From an uncultured Flavobacteriaceae bacterium (GTDB lineage: Bacteria; Bacteroidota; Bacteroidia; Flavobacteriales; Flavobacteriaceae): 64,000 nt of DNA. Below the pieces are notes generated by a model. It saw only the letters and a program-made list of their open reading frames with translations. It ran no database searches and was not told the origin of the DNA. This document shows positions 29,029 to 40,519 of this stretch, in pieces; position 1 is the stretch's first letter; the number at the start of each line of letters is the position of its first letter. The stretch spans positions 116,165 to 180,164 of the forward strand of contig CANLXN010000009.1 of NCBI GenBank assembly GCA_947495135.1. The letters are read 5' to 3'. Both the position numbers and the translations under genes were made by a program.

Positions 29029-32000
29029 TACATATTTCTACGATACTGTCCTCCCACTTCAAATAATGAATGCGTAATCTGTCCTAAAGAACAGTATTTA
29101 CAAACTTCCATCAACGCTTCAAAAATGTTCTCATTATTGATGGACCTGTGCTGTAAATCTTTAAGCAGCGCCGCGGCCTTTTCATCATTTACGGTATGAA
29201 GACTATTAACCACCTCTATTTGATATTGCTTCTCTTCTTCGGTAGCACGGATTACCTCCGCTGGCAGCACCGTTGGAGAACCGGTACTACTAAGAAATGT
29301 ATTTACACCAATAATTGGGAACTCTCCCGTATGTTTCAAAGTCTCATAATAAAGACTCTCCTCCTGAATCTTACTGCGCTGATACATCGTTTCCATAGCT
29401 CCCAAAACACCTCCACGTTCGGTTATTCTGTCGAACTCCTCTAAAACAGCATTCTCTACAAGATCTGTTAGTTCTTCTATAATAAATGAACCTTGTATAG
29501 GGTTTTCATTCTTAGCGAGACCTAACTCTTTATTGATGATGAGCTGAATTGCCATTGCTCTTCGCACACTTTCTTCGGTTGGAGTAGTAATGGCCTCATC
29601 GTAGGCGTTGGTGTGAAGTGAATTACAGTTATCATAAATTGCATAAAGCGCCTGCAAGGTTGTTCTGATGTCGTTAAAATCGATTTCCTGAGCATGCAGC
29701 GATCTTCCTGAGGTTTGAATATGATACTTCAACATTTGTGCTCTCGGGTTCGCTCCGTATTTATGTTTGAGCGCCTTCGCCCAAATCTTACGAGCAACAC
29801 GGCCTATCACCGAATACTCGGGATCTACTCCATTGCTAAAGAAAAAGGAAAGGTTAGGTCCAAACTTATTGATGTCCATCCCACGAGACAAATAGTATTC
29901 TACGTAAGTGAAACCATTGGATAATGTAAATGCTAATTGCGTAATTGGATTCGCTCCAGCTTCTGCAATGTGATATCCACTAATAGAGACTGAGTAGAAA
30001 TTACGCACCTGCTTTTCAATAAAATACTCTTGTACGTCTCCCATCAATCGCAATGCGAATTCGGTAGAAAAAATACAGGTATTCTGCGCTTGGTCTTCCT
30101 TTAAAATATCTGCCTGTACTGTACCACGTACCTGCATCAAGGTATCCGCTTTTATTTTGTAATAAACCTCCTTAGGAAGAACCTGATCTCCGGTTACTCC
30201 TAACAACATTAATCCTAATCCGTCATTCCCCTCTGGTAAGTCGCCTTGATATTGCGGGCGGGTTTGCCCCCTATAAATTTCTGTAATTTTCTTTTCTACA
30301 TCCTTCTCCAGCTTGTTTTCTTTGATGTACTTCTCGCAGTTCTGATCGATGGCAGCATTCATAAAAAATCCTAACAACATAGGAGCAGGACCATTGATGG
30401 TCATACTAACAGAAGTCATTGGATCACTTAAATCGAACCCAGAATACAATTTCTTAGCATCGTCTAAGCAACAGATCGAAACACCTGCATTACCAATCTT
30501 ACCATAGATATCTGGACGAATACCGGGATCATTTCCATAGAGTGTAACACTGTCGAAAGCAGTAGACAAACGCTTCGCAGGTAACCCATGACTTACGTAG
30601 TGAAAACGACGATTGGTTCTTTCTGGACCTCCTTCACCTGCAAACATTCGGGCGGGGTCTTCTCCAGTTCTTTTAAACGGATATAATCCGGAGGTATATG
30701 GAAACTCGCCAGGAACATTTTCCTGTAGGCACCATTTTAAAACATCTCCCCATGCTTGGTATTTTGGCAATGCCACTTTCGGTATCTGTGAATGTGACAG
30801 TGATTCTGTATGTGTATCTATCTTTATTTCTTTATCCCGTACTTTAAAGGAATAGACTGGATCTTTATACTTCTTCACTTTCTCGTCCCAACCAGTAATT
30901 ACTTCCCAGTTGTATGGATCAAGGTCCATTTTCACACGATCAAATTCGGCTATTAGAAGTTTAATTAGATCCTTATTTTCTTCCGAAATATTCATGGAAT
31001 CACCATCTAGACCTGCCTTGTCTAAATTAGGTACACTACCCGAAATAGATTCTACGGTTTTGAAAATTCCATATAGTTTTTGAGCAACTTCCACCTGTTG
31101 GTCTGCAGTCTTATCGTAGGCTCTATTGTTTTCTGAAATTTCCGAAAGATAACGCGTGCGAGCTGGAGGGATCACAAAGATCTTCTCGCTCATCTCGTCT
31201 GTAATTTCAAATGTACTGTTTAGGTTGGCTCCAGCTTTAGACACTAATTCGTCCATGATAGCCTTGTAAAGCTTATTCATTCCTGGGTCGTTAAACTGAG
31301 AAGCAATGGTTCCATGAACAGGCAATTGATCCTGAGGCGTATCCCAAAGTTGGTGATTACGCATGTATTGTTTTTTCACATCTCGCAAGGCATCTAGAGA
31401 TCCTCTTTTATCGAACTTATTGATCGCGACTAAATCGGCAAAATCGAGCATGTCAATTTTTTCCAGCTGGGTCGCAGCGCCAAATTCTGGGGTCATTACG
31501 TAAAGCGAAATATCACTGTGTTCTAAAATTTCGGTATCGCTTTGCCCTATTCCTGAAGTTTCTAAAATAATAAGGTCGTACTCTGCCGCCTTCAATACCT
31601 GAATTGCTTCCGCAACATATTTTGACAATGCTAAATTACTTTGCCTAGTTGCAAGGCTTCTCATGTAAACTCTAGGCGAATTAATAGCGTTCATACGGAT
31701 GCGATCTCCAAGCAGTGCTCCACCTGTTTTCCTTTTGGAAGGATCTACAGAAATGAGTCCAATGGTTTTTTCGGGGAAATCAATTAAGAATCGGCGCACC
31801 AATTCGTCTACCAATGATGATTTTCCAGACCCACCCGTTCCAGTAATTCCGAGTACTGGTGTACTAATATTTTCGTTTTTCTTATGAATTTGAGTCAACG
31901 CATCTTTGGCAATTTCTGGAAAATTTTCAGCAGAAGAGATCACCCGAGCAATTGCTCCGTCTACCTTGTCGGCCAATTGGTTCACTTCTCCATTCAATTT

Positions 32001-32477
32001 ATCTCCAATTGGATAATCTGCTTGTTGAACAAGATCATTGATCATTCCCTGCAACCCCATTTCTCTTCCATCATCTGGCGCATAAATACGGGTGATTCCA
32101 TAATCCATCAATTCCTTGATTTCAGAGGGAAGAATTACTCCTCCTCCGCCACCAAAGATCTTGATGTGTCCTGCTCCTTTTTCCTTGAGCAGATCGTACA
32201 TGTACTTGAAATATTCGTTGTGACCACCTTGATAGGAAGTCATTGCAATGGCATTTGCATCCTCTTGGATGGCGGTATTTACCACCTCTTCCACACTTCT
32301 ATCGTGTCCTAAGTGAATCACTTCCACGCCAGTAGTTTGAATAATCCGACGCATAATATTAATAGCCGCATCATGACCATCGAATAACGAGGCCGCTGTA
32401 ACAATTCTTACTTTATTTTTCGGGATATAAGGAGTCTGTTGCTGCATTGACAATTTAGGTTGAATTTTGTTTGACAA
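29028..32477 (-). CDS. icmF: Fused isobutyryl-CoA mutase / MeaB-like GTPase (IcmF)
   Basis: B12-binding FDGHDAAIN; GTPase [21 protein letters not shown]; mutase RMFAG (Phe at the MCM Tyr89 position) and QAQNTC (Gln at the MCM Arg207 position). Confidence 0.9.
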   Translation of the reverse strand: MSNKIQPKLSMQQQTPYIPKNKVRIVTAASLFDGHDAAINIMRRIIQTTGVEVIHLGHDRSVEEVVNTAIQEDANAIAMTSYQGGHNEYFKYMYDLLKEKGAGHIKIFGGGGGVILPSEIKELMDYGITRIYAPDDGREMGLQGMINDLVQQADYPIGDKLNGEVNQLADKVDGAIARVISSAENFPEIAKDALTQIHKKNENISTPVLGITGTGGSGKSSLVDELVRRFLIDFPEKTIGLISVDPSKRKTGGALLGDRIRMNAINSPRVYMRSLATRQSNLALSKYVAEAIQVLKAAEYDLIILETSGIGQSDTEILEHSDISLYVMTPEFGAATQLEKIDMLDFADLVAINKFDKRGSLDALRDVKKQYMRNHQLWDTPQDQLPVHGTIASQFNDPGMNKLYKAIMDELVSKAGANLNSTFEITDEMSEKIFVIPPARTRYLSEISENNRAYDKTADQQVEVAQKLYGIFKTVESISGSVPNLDKAGLDGDSMNISEENKDLIKLLIAEFDRVKMDLDPYNWEVITGWDEKVKKYKDPVYSFKVRDKEIKIDTHTESLSHSQIPKVALPKYQAWGDVLKWCLQENVPGEFPYTSGLYPFKRTGEDPARMFAGEGGPERTNRRFHYVSHGLPAKRLSTAFDSVTLYGNDPGIRPDIYGKIGNAGVSICCLDDAKKLYSGFDLSDPMTSVSMTINGPAPMLLGFFMNAAIDQNCEKYIKENKLEKDVEKKITEIYRGQTRPQYQGDLPEGNDGLGLMLLGVTGDQVLPKEVYYKIKADTLMQVRGTVQADILKEDQAQNTCIFSTEFALRLMGDVQEYFIEKQVRNFYSVSISGYHIAEAGANPITQLAFTLSNGFTYVEYYLSRGMDINKFGPNLSFFFSNGVDPEYSVIGRVARKIWAKALKHKYGANPRAQMLKYHIQTSGRSLHAQEIDFNDIRTTLQALYAIYDNCNSLHTNAYDEAITTPTEESVRRAMAIQLIINKELGLAKNENPIQGSFIIEELTDLVENAVLEEFDRITERGGVLGAMETMYQRSKIQEESLYYETLKHTGEFPIIGVNTFLSSTGSPTVLPAEVIRATEEEKQYQIEVVNSLHTVNDEKAAALLKDLQHRSINNENIFEALMEVCKYCSLGQITHSLFEVGGQYRRNM

Positions 32478-32578
32478 ATTTACGAAATTCGCAATTAAAG
32501 AAGGGAGTTCACTATATAATTACTACAATGAATTGTTAAGTTGCTGGAGCTGTTACGACCAAGTGCTAAAACCGACCT

Positions 32579-33349
32579 ATGTCTCTTCTAAAAATTATCA
32601 GCACTTTACTTTTAACGCTTTTATTTATTTCGTGTTCTTCAGACGACGATATCAATACCAATACGCCCAATATTTTTGAGGGTGATGCATATCTCACCAC
32701 TCAACAGGAAGTAGAAGAGTTTGGCGCAAATAACTACGACCTCATTGATGGATATCTTCAAATAGGCGACTCTATTGTTACAAATACCTCCATTGTCGAT
32801 CTCCAAACCTTAAGTTCCATTAGCGCTATCAATGGCAACCTAAGTTTTAGCGGAAACAATGCGCTCAACAGTCTCCAAGGCTTGGACAATGTAACTTCTG
32901 TAGGAGGAAGGTTATTTATTACTGGCAACGAGCTTTTACAAAACTTGGATGGTCTAAATAGTATTGGTTCTGTAGGCATAAATATTTTTATCATTTCAAA
33001 TCCGCAACTTCAAAACATGGAAGGGCTGAGTAGTATTACCACATTAGGTGAACATATTAAAATCAATAGCAACGCAGCTTTGTCTTCAGTTGAAGGTTTT
33101 AGAAACATTACTGAAATACCAGGAGGAATGGAAATTAGAGGCAACTTTACCCTCACATCTCTAGAAGGTTTTAACAATCTAACCAGTGTAGCACATTCGC
33201 TTCGAATTAATCTCAACGGCGAACTCGCTAACTTTTGCGCGTTAGAAACACTGTTTAAAACAGAGGGTGTGGGAGAAGACTACATCGTATTTGGCAATGA
33301 AATTAATCCAAGTGAGCAGGAAATTATCGATGGTAATTGTAGCCAATAA
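32579..33349 (+). CDS. Lipoprotein with receptor-L-domain/LRR-like repeats
   Basis: Lipobox FISC; repeated NxxLxxLxGLxxLTSVG units. Confidence 0.8.
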   Translation: MSLLKIISTLLLTLLFISCSSDDDINTNTPNIFEGDAYLTTQQEVEEFGANNYDLIDGYLQIGDSIVTNTSIVDLQTLSSISAINGNLSFSGNNALNSLQGLDNVTSVGGRLFITGNELLQNLDGLNSIGSVGINIFIISNPQLQNMEGLSSITTLGEHIKINSNAALSSVEGFRNITEIPGGMEIRGNFTLTSLEGFNNLTSVAHSLRINLNGELANFCALETLFKTEGVGEDYIVFGNEINPSEQEIIDGNCSQ

Positions 33350-33388
33350 TGCATTATCTTTGGCGTATTAATTTAAGAAACGTACAAA

Positions 33389-34105
33389 ATGATAATTAAA
33401 AGACTCTTATTAGTTGCCCTTGTCTTTATGGCAACTTCATGTGATGAACTTCAAAATGTTGTAAACACACTTCCTCAAGGAGATACTGGTGGAGGTATTA
33501 GTGCCGCAATGATGGGGAACGGTTTGCGTCAAGCACTAGATTTTGGTATTGACAAACAAGTAACTAAACTTACCCAGAAAGATGGGTTTTATAAAAATGA
33601 ACTCGTAAAAATTCTACTTCCGGCAGAATTGCAAAAAGTAGATCAAACCCTCCGCGATATTGGATTGGGAAGCTTGGCAGATGATGGAATTAAAGTACTT
33701 AACAGAGCTGCTGAGGATGCTGTAAAAGAAGCTACACCTATTTTTGTCGATGCAGTAAAGGGAATTACCTTCAATGATGCAAAAAACATTTTGGTTGGAG
33801 CAGACGATTCTGCAACTAATTATCTGAAGGCACGCACCAACACGGCTCTCTACAATAAGTTTAATCCAGTGATTCAAAACTCTTTCTCCAAGGTTGGAGC
33901 GGATCAAATTTGGTCTAATATTATCAATAAGTATAACACCATTCCATTTGTAAATAAAGTGAATCCAGATCTTACAGATTATGTGACAAATCAAGCATTG
34001 GAAGGAGTTTATAAGATGATTTCAGTAGAAGAAAAACAGATTAGAACGAAAGTTTCTTCACGTACTACTACTCTCTTACAACAGGTTTTTGCGCTGCAAG
34101 ATTAA
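33389..34105 (+). CDS. DUF4197-family lipoprotein
   Basis: Lipobox ATSC; GLRQAL, LNRAAEDAVKEATPIF, EEKQIR. Confidence 0.88.
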   Translation: MIIKRLLLVALVFMATSCDELQNVVNTLPQGDTGGGISAAMMGNGLRQALDFGIDKQVTKLTQKDGFYKNELVKILLPAELQKVDQTLRDIGLGSLADDGIKVLNRAAEDAVKEATPIFVDAVKGITFNDAKNILVGADDSATNYLKARTNTALYNKFNPVIQNSFSKVGADQIWSNIINKYNTIPFVNKVNPDLTDYVTNQALEGVYKMISVEEKQIRTKVSSRTTTLLQQVFALQD

Positions 34106-34869
34106 GCGTGTAACTTTTTAAAATATTGGAAAGCCGCTTTTAACCGAGAGCCGTACCAACTAAAATATTCGCCGTCTACTAAACGTATGTCGGCGTTTAT
34201 TTTTTCTGATAATTCTGAAATATGCTTTTCGCCAAACGGGAACGGTTCAGACGACAGCAGCACGGTGCTAGCGTTTTCGAGTTGTGCGATGGTTACTTCT
34301 GGATAGCGCGTTTCAGTTAAAATATTTTGAAATTTATTTAACTGAAGTAATGAGTTAATAAAAGTATCTGTACCAGCCGCCATATAGGGGTTCTTCCAAA
34401 TTAGGTAAGCTACTTTCTTTGAGGGTTTATCTTTAATGAAGCTGCTGAAATTTTCGAACTCCCGATTAATGTCGTCAATAATTGCCCGAGCCTTCTCCTG
34501 CGCCTGAAACAGATTCCCCAATAGCTGGATCATTTCATTGTTATCCTCAATAGTTGAAATATCACTCACCCAAACCGGCGCTATTGGTTCCAAGGTTGCG
34601 ACTATTTCTTTGGTATTTTCCTCTTTGTTACAGATAACGATATCGGGTTGCAGGTCGCTAATTTTATCAAAATGAACCTCCTTAGTTCCACCAACAACGG
34701 TCACTTCTTTTCGAAGTTCTTTGGGATGTACACAAAACTTAGTAACTCCTACCAATCGATCTTTCAATCCTAAATCTACCAACAACTCGGTCTGCGAAGG
34801 AACCAAAGACACTATACGCTTTGGCGGATGCGCGATGTTCAGTTGTCTCTGTAGCTGGTCGTAGATCAC
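34102..34869 (-). CDS. Helical-backbone ABC substrate-binding protein (BtuF-like)
   Basis: RIVSLVPSQTELL, VGVTKFC, GGTK, KEEN, DGEYFSWYG. Confidence 0.85.
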   Translation of the reverse strand: MIYDQLQRQLNIAHPPKRIVSLVPSQTELLVDLGLKDRLVGVTKFCVHPKELRKEVTVVGGTKEVHFDKISDLQPDIVICNKEENTKEIVATLEPIAPVWVSDISTIEDNNEMIQLLGNLFQAQEKARAIIDDINREFENFSSFIKDKPSKKVAYLIWKNPYMAAGTDTFINSLLQLNKFQNILTETRYPEVTIAQLENASTVLLSSEPFPFGEKHISELSEKINADIRLVDGEYFSWYGSRLKAAFQYFKKLHA

Positions 34870-34880
34870 GAAAAAAAGAA

Positions 34881-35699
34881 TTACTGCTTATCCAAGATCG
34901 CTGCCATTTGCAATTGCAATTTCTCGGCGGAGGCAGCAGCAGCGGTAGCAAAATTTGTGTCATTGGAGGCGTATATGATTCCTCTAGAAGAGTTAATTAG
35001 GAGTCCGACATCCTTAGTCATTCCGTATTTACACACTTCAGTTAGGCTACCTCCTTGAGCTCCTACTCCAGGAACCAAGAGAAAACTTTCCGGAATTATT
35101 TGTCTAATTTCGGCTAGGTATTCGGCTTTGGTAGCACCTACCACGTACATCAAATTTTCAGAATTGTTCCATTCCTTTGAAGTTTCAAGTACCGTTTTAT
35201 AAAGCTCTTTTCCATTAACCAATTGTGTCTGAAAATCGAATGCTCCTTGATTAGAAGTTAGTGCCAATAAAATAGTGTGTTTTCCTTCAAATGAAAGAAA
35301 GGGCTCTATCGAATCTTTTCCCATATAGGGAGCAGCGGTAACGGAATCAAAATTTAAGTCCTCAAAAAATGCTTTGGCGTACATCGCCGACGTATTTCCA
35401 ATATCGCCTCGCTTGGCATCTGCAATAGTGAAAATAGTAGGATGATGCTCGTTTAGGTAGTTAATGGTTTTGTCTAGCGCCTTCCAGCCTTTCAATCCGT
35501 ATGCTTCGAAAAATGCAATATTGGGTTTATAAGCTACCGCCAGGTGATGTGTGGCATCTATGATGGCCTTGTTAAACTCAAAGATAGGGTCTTCGGTTTC
35601 AAGTAAATGTTTCGGTATTTTATTCAAATCTACATCCAGCCCAACACAAAGAAAAGATTTTTTACGACGAATTTCTGAAACGAGTTGTTTGGTGGTCAT
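34881..35699 (-). CDS. pyrF: Orotidine-5'-phosphate decarboxylase
   Basis: [38 protein letters not shown]. Confidence 0.95.
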   Translation of the reverse strand: MTTKQLVSEIRRKKSFLCVGLDVDLNKIPKHLLETEDPIFEFNKAIIDATHHLAVAYKPNIAFFEAYGLKGWKALDKTINYLNEHHPTIFTIADAKRGDIGNTSAMYAKAFFEDLNFDSVTAAPYMGKDSIEPFLSFEGKHTILLALTSNQGAFDFQTQLVNGKELYKTVLETSKEWNNSENLMYVVGATKAEYLAEIRQIIPESFLLVPGVGAQGGSLTEVCKYGMTKDVGLLINSSRGIIYASNDTNFATAAAASAEKLQLQMAAILDKQ

Positions 35700-35731
35700 T
35701 GATTCAAAACAGTTTAGATAATTGATCTAGC

Positions 35732-36808
35732 TTAAAACGATTCTCCAGATTCCTTTAATTTTTCGGTATTGCTCACTAACTGCAACTCGTCGATAATTTT
35801 TTGAACATCCCCGTCGATGATATTACTCAAATCGTACAAGGTCAAGTTAATTCTGTGATCGGTCACACGGCCTTGCGGATAGTTGTAGGTTCTAATTTTT
35901 GCGCTTCTATCTCCGCTAGTTACCATAGAACCACGTTTTAGAGCATCTTCGGCCTGTTTTTTGGCCAACTCTAAATCGTATAAACGTGAGCGAAGTACTT
36001 TAAAGGCCTTTTCCTTATTCTTATGCTGAGATTTCTGATCTTGACACTGTGCTACTAAGCCAGTAGGTTCGTGAGTTAATCTTACGGCCGAATAGGTTGT
36101 ATTAACCGATTGCCCACCTGGTCCTGACGAACAGAAATAATCGACCCGAACTTCTTTTGGGTTAATTTCAACATCAAATTCCTCTGCTTCTGCAAAAACC
36201 ATCACCGTTGCTGCGCTTGTATGCACCCTCCCTTGAGTTTCGGTTTGTGGTACTCGTTGCACACGGTGCACTCCTGCTTCATATTTTAAAGTTCCATAAA
36301 CATCCTCTCCTTCTACTTCAAACTGAATTTCTTTAAATCCACCACTGGTACCTTCACTAAAATCGACCACACTTACCTTCCAGCCCTTATTCTCGCAGTA
36401 TTTGGTATACATTCTATGTAGATCTCCTGCAAAGATACTAGCCTCATCTCCACCTGTTCCTGCTCTAATTTCCATTACTGCATTTTTTGCGTCTTCTGGA
36501 TCTTTTGGAATAAGGAGGAATTTGATTTCTTCTTCTAGTTCAGGAATGCGGGATTTCGCGTCATCCAGTTCCATTTTAGCCATTTCGACCATTTCGTCAT
36601 CACTTCCATCAGAAATGATTTCTTCCGCTTCATTAATACTATTGGTAAGGGTTAAGTATTCTTCGCGCTTATCCATTAAAGTACGGAGATCTTTGTACTC
36701 TTTATTTAATTGGACATACCGTTTTTGATCTGTAATAATATCGGGCTGAATAATGAGATCACTCACCTCGTCAAATCGTTGTTTTATTATTTGAAGTCTA
36801 TCTAGCAT
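35732..36808 (-). CDS. prfA: Peptide chain release factor 1
   Basis: GTGGDEA, PQTET recognition loop region, [22 protein letters not shown]. Confidence 0.96.
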   Translation of the reverse strand: MLDRLQIIKQRFDEVSDLIIQPDIITDQKRYVQLNKEYKDLRTLMDKREEYLTLTNSINEAEEIISDGSDDEMVEMAKMELDDAKSRIPELEEEIKFLLIPKDPEDAKNAVMEIRAGTGGDEASIFAGDLHRMYTKYCENKGWKVSVVDFSEGTSGGFKEIQFEVEGEDVYGTLKYEAGVHRVQRVPQTETQGRVHTSAATVMVFAEAEEFDVEINPKEVRVDYFCSSGPGGQSVNTTYSAVRLTHEPTGLVAQCQDQKSQHKNKEKAFKVLRSRLYDLELAKKQAEDALKRGSMVTSGDRSAKIRTYNYPQGRVTDHRINLTLYDLSNIIDGDVQKIIDELQLVSNTEKLKESGESF

Positions 36809-36898
36809 AAATTAGAAGCCATTAAGTTATATGGACATCGACAAATTTACAATTTTTTTACCCGAAAAGAAACAGCAAGCACAGGCTTCTGCAACCCA

Positions 36899-37636
36899 TT
36901 AATCTTTAGAGGGATCCCTTTTGCTTAAAAGCTTTCCACTATCGTTTATATGGAAGCAAAAGAAATAAATAAAGCAGTACGATCCAAGTAATAAAAACCT
37001 TGCCGTATACTGCCCTAACGCACTATCGACAATTTTATAATAGCCAATACCACGAAACGTTTCAGAAAAGACTATTAAGATGAGAAACATGACAAACAAA
37101 ACAGAGGAACCCGTATTGGTTTCATTTAAATAAATAAAGGCGTAGATATGCAAGATGTATACTATTGTCATCTGTATTGAAATAATCACTAGTAACGGAA
37201 TAGAAACTATATAGTCGAAAAGAACTTCAACAAATGAGAAAGAAAGCCAACCAAATACGATGGCAGAAACGGAGATAGCGATAATTATAATAGGGTCCAA
37301 ACGCTTGAGGGTGACCTTCGACCGAATAAGAATTAAAAGTAATAAAAACCCAATAGCATTGAGGAGCATCGTAATGCAGGCAATGTTATCATTTTCATAC
37401 CAAATACTCAGCAAACTAGAGAACCCATGAAGAAATACAAATCCCAAGGCGAAGGAGTTGACTCGAGATTTCTCAAAAACTAATAGCGATGCTAAAAAAG
37501 AAAAAGCGGTGAGCGCTCTTAGTCCTCTAAAGTATATGTAATCTTGATCGGGATCAATAGACATACTTAGTATAAACAACAATACACTCAACAATATAGC
37601 AATTCGAATATGTTGTATGTTTGATAATTTAATCAT
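36899..37636 (-). CDS. Polytopic membrane protein, tandem paralog 1 of 3
   Basis: 7-8 TM; shares SSxxSIWY and FSExFRxxxYY motifs with neighbours. Confidence 0.75.
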   Translation of the reverse strand: MIKLSNIQHIRIAILLSVLLFILSMSIDPDQDYIYFRGLRALTAFSFLASLLVFEKSRVNSFALGFVFLHGFSSLLSIWYENDNIACITMLLNAIGFLLLLILIRSKVTLKRLDPIIIIAISVSAIVFGWLSFSFVEVLFDYIVSIPLLVIISIQMTIVYILHIYAFIYLNETNTGSSVLFVMFLILIVFSETFRGIGYYKIVDSALGQYTARFLLLGSYCFIYFFCFHINDSGKLLSKRDPSKD

Positions 37637-37669
37637 AGTTAAATTTTAATAGCTATTTGAGAGTATTCC

Positions 37670-38410
37670 TTATACCTGTTCTGTTGTACTTATCACCCTA
37701 ATTTTCATAAAAATAAAATGACACAACAAAGAATATGAAATAATCAATAGCGCACGGCCAATTTGCTGACTAATTATTGGATCTACAAATTCATAATATC
37801 CAGCACCTCTAAGCATATCCGAAAAAACTAAAAAAATGAGGTAAAATATAAAGACTAAAGAGTCTCTAGAGTTAGCCTCATTGTGGTAGATAAACGCTAG
37901 AACTAATAACACAAAAAAAGTGGCAGTAAGAGCGCATATCGTTAAAACCAGAAACAGAGTTTCCAAGTATGGAGACAAAATATTGATAAAGGCAACAAGT
38001 AATAATCCGCAAATAGCAGCTACCACACCAAGTGCGATAGACAAGAGAACACCAGGGTTTTTAAAAAGCACCATGCGATAGACCATTTTTACTAAATAAA
38101 AAAGCGCAATCGTTTCGAGTCCCATTGTTAGAATAGCAACCCATTGAACATGAAACCATATGGAGAATAAACTAGAAACAGCGAATATTATTAGGAAAAC
38201 TTGAATGAGATCATTTTTATTTTTGCCAAAAAGAAACAGGATAAGGTAGGAAAAGCATATTACTGGCCGCAAAATTCTAAAGGCATAAAAATCCTCTCCA
38301 ACTGGGCTGTAGAAGAAGTTTAATACAATTAATGCCAGTCCAACGGTAATTAAAACCGCTTTGTGATGTCTTTCTAGAAATGTTGGGGATTTTAACAATT
38401 TTTCAAACAA
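37670..38410 (-). CDS. Polytopic membrane protein, tandem paralog 2 of 3
   Basis: VSSLFSIWF; VFSDMLRGAGYY. Confidence 0.75.
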   Translation of the reverse strand: MFEKLLKSPTFLERHHKAVLITVGLALIVLNFFYSPVGEDFYAFRILRPVICFSYLILFLFGKNKNDLIQVFLIIFAVSSLFSIWFHVQWVAILTMGLETIALFYLVKMVYRMVLFKNPGVLLSIALGVVAAICGLLLVAFINILSPYLETLFLVLTICALTATFFVLLVLAFIYHNEANSRDSLVFIFYLIFLVFSDMLRGAGYYEFVDPIISQQIGRALLIISYSLLCHFIFMKIRVISTTEQV

Positions 38411-38448
38411 TTAATAATTTATAGTTAGGACATTTAAAATATGACTTC

Positions 38449-39171
38449 TCATCTAGCACCGAGAACTTCCTCTGTCTTTTTAGGTATTAAATCGAAATAT
38501 ACAATTAATGACATTCCCAATAAAAGAAGGGCTCGCGCCACATATACTGAAATATCTCCGTAGGCAAAATTATAATATGCAATTGCTCTAAAGACCTCTG
38601 CAAAAACAAGTACAAAAACAAAACTGGTAAAAACGAGAGTGGCCTTAGAACTAAATTTATGATTATATAATAATGACATAAAGCCCGTAACTACCAAACT
38701 CATAGCTCCCAATAAAAGTAGAAAATAATGAAGTTGGCCCAAGGCGAAATCTCGCATCATTACCACAAATTCGTAAAGAAGGTATGCGTTAAGCAAAACC
38801 AGTAAAGTGAAAATGGCTATAAAAAATACGTTCATTTTCTTGAAGCTTACTTTAGGAAAAAGCGCGGCTATTAGAACCACAAACGAAACGAAATTAAGTG
38901 CCATAGATAGCGTTGCTAACCATGGCTGTTCGTACCAAATGGTTAAAAAACTCGAAACGCCATATAAGCAGAGAAAAAAGACAAGGATTCTATTCGCTTT
39001 AGACTTTTTGAGGTACAGCAAAAGAAACAAATAAGAAAAACAAATAAGCCCTCGAATGGCCCGATACCATTGAAAATCGCCAGTTTGATGAACAAAAATG
39101 CTGAGTAACAGCAGCAATGTCGCGAACACAACAAATGTAATGGTGTATTTTTTCAGAAGACCTCCTCGCAT
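38449..39171 (-). CDS. Polytopic membrane protein, tandem paralog 3 of 3
   Basis: VSSFLTIWY; VFAEVFRAIAYY. Confidence 0.75.
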   Translation of the reverse strand: MRGGLLKKYTITFVVFATLLLLLSIFVHQTGDFQWYRAIRGLICFSYLFLLLYLKKSKANRILVFFLCLYGVSSFLTIWYEQPWLATLSMALNFVSFVVLIAALFPKVSFKKMNVFFIAIFTLLVLLNAYLLYEFVVMMRDFALGQLHYFLLLLGAMSLVVTGFMSLLYNHKFSSKATLVFTSFVFVLVFAEVFRAIAYYNFAYGDISVYVARALLLLGMSLIVYFDLIPKKTEEVLGAR

Positions 39172-39252
39172 TATTAAATATAAACAATATCTAATCTTAA
39201 TCTGTGAGGAAATTAAGAATAAGTCGGGCGAAAATATGAATTTTCGTAATTA

Positions 39253-40434
39253 CTAGCTATACGTGTAGACACCTATTTTTGAAGATATCGTTAACTTCTT
39301 ACCTTCTGAAGCTTCTACTCGGCCAACAACTTTAGCATCAACATTAAACGAATTCGAAATTGAAATAATGTCTGCTGCAATTTCTTCAGGTACGTATAAT
39401 TCCATTCTATGTCCCATGTTGAAAACTTGATACATCTCCTTCCAATCTGTTCCACTTTCCTCTTGAATGAGTCTGAAAAGTGGTGGCACATCGAACAAGT
39501 TATCTTTTATGATATGCAAATCGTCAATAAAATGCAGAATTTTGGTTTGGGCACCTCCACTGCAATGGACCATTCCATGGATTTCATTATTGCTATATGC
39601 CGCAAGAATTGCTTTTATAATAGGAGCATAAGTTCGTGTTGGAGATAACACTAATTTCCCAGCATTTATCGGACTTCCATCTACTTCGTCTGTAAGTTTT
39701 TTTGAACCCGAATACACCAAATCCTCCGGTACAGCCCTGTCGTAACTTTCACTGAATTTTTCAGCTAAATACTTGTGAAACACATCATGGCGAGCACTGG
39801 TTAACCCGTTACTTCCCATACCTCCGTTGTATTCAGTTTCATAAGTAGCCTGTCCAAAAGAAGCCAATCCAACAATTACATCTCCAGGCTTAATATTAGC
39901 ATTATCTACCACCTCATCCCTTTTCATTCTAGCGGTAACAGTTGAGTCTACAATGATAGTACGGACTAAATCGCCAACATCTGCTGTTTCTCCACCAGTA
40001 GAATAAATCTTTACACCAAATTTTTCCAGATCCTTTATCAGTTCTTCGGTACCATTAATTATAGCTGAAATGACTTCCCCTGGAATTAAATTTTTATTTC
40101 GACCGATAGTGGAAGAAAGCATAATATTGTCTACAGCCCCTACGCAAAGTAAGTCGTCAATATTCATGATGAGCGCATCTTGAGCAATACCTTTCCATAC
40201 AGAAAGATCTCCTGTTTCCTTCCAATACATATAAGCCAAAGAAGACTTAGTTCCAGCGCCATCGGCATGCATAATCAAGCAGTGATCTTCGCTTGCGGTA
40301 AGGTAATCTGGCACAATTTTACAAAAGGCTTTTGGAAAAAGTCCCTTGTCCACATTCTTTATGGCGTTGTGGACATCTTCTTTACCCGCTGATACACCTC
40401 TTTGCGCGTAGCGTTTGGAAATTTCTTGACTCAT
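39253..40434 (-). CDS. purM: Phosphoribosylformylglycinamidine cyclo-ligase (AIR synthase, Bacteroidetes type)
   Basis: RYAQRGVSA, HADGAGTKS, MNIDDL, GGETADVGD, SNGLTSARH, HCSGG, VFNMGHRM. Confidence 0.9.
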   Translation of the reverse strand: MSQEISKRYAQRGVSAGKEDVHNAIKNVDKGLFPKAFCKIVPDYLTASEDHCLIMHADGAGTKSSLAYMYWKETGDLSVWKGIAQDALIMNIDDLLCVGAVDNIMLSSTIGRNKNLIPGEVISAIINGTEELIKDLEKFGVKIYSTGGETADVGDLVRTIIVDSTVTARMKRDEVVDNANIKPGDVIVGLASFGQATYETEYNGGMGSNGLTSARHDVFHKYLAEKFSESYDRAVPEDLVYSGSKKLTDEVDGSPINAGKLVLSPTRTYAPIIKAILAAYSNNEIHGMVHCSGGAQTKILHFIDDLHIIKDNLFDVPPLFRLIQEESGTDWKEMYQVFNMGHRMELYVPEEIAADIISISNSFNVDAKVVGRVEASEGKKLTISSKIGVYTYS

Positions 40435-40467
40435 AATAGAAAATTGAATTACAAAAGTACATAATGC

Positions 40468-40499
40468 AAAAACGTCCCAAAAATAAGGGACGTTTTTTT
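40468..40499. terminator. Intrinsic terminator at end of curli secretion operon
   Basis: AAAAACGTCCC-loop-GGGACGTTTTT. Confidence 0.8.
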
Positions 40500-40519
40500 A
40501 TTAAGTTATTTTAACAACA

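Noticed and set aside
32478-32578. Cobalamin riboswitch near icmF or the BtuF-like gene
   Set aside because: The intergenic spaces are too short and no B12-box was recognised.
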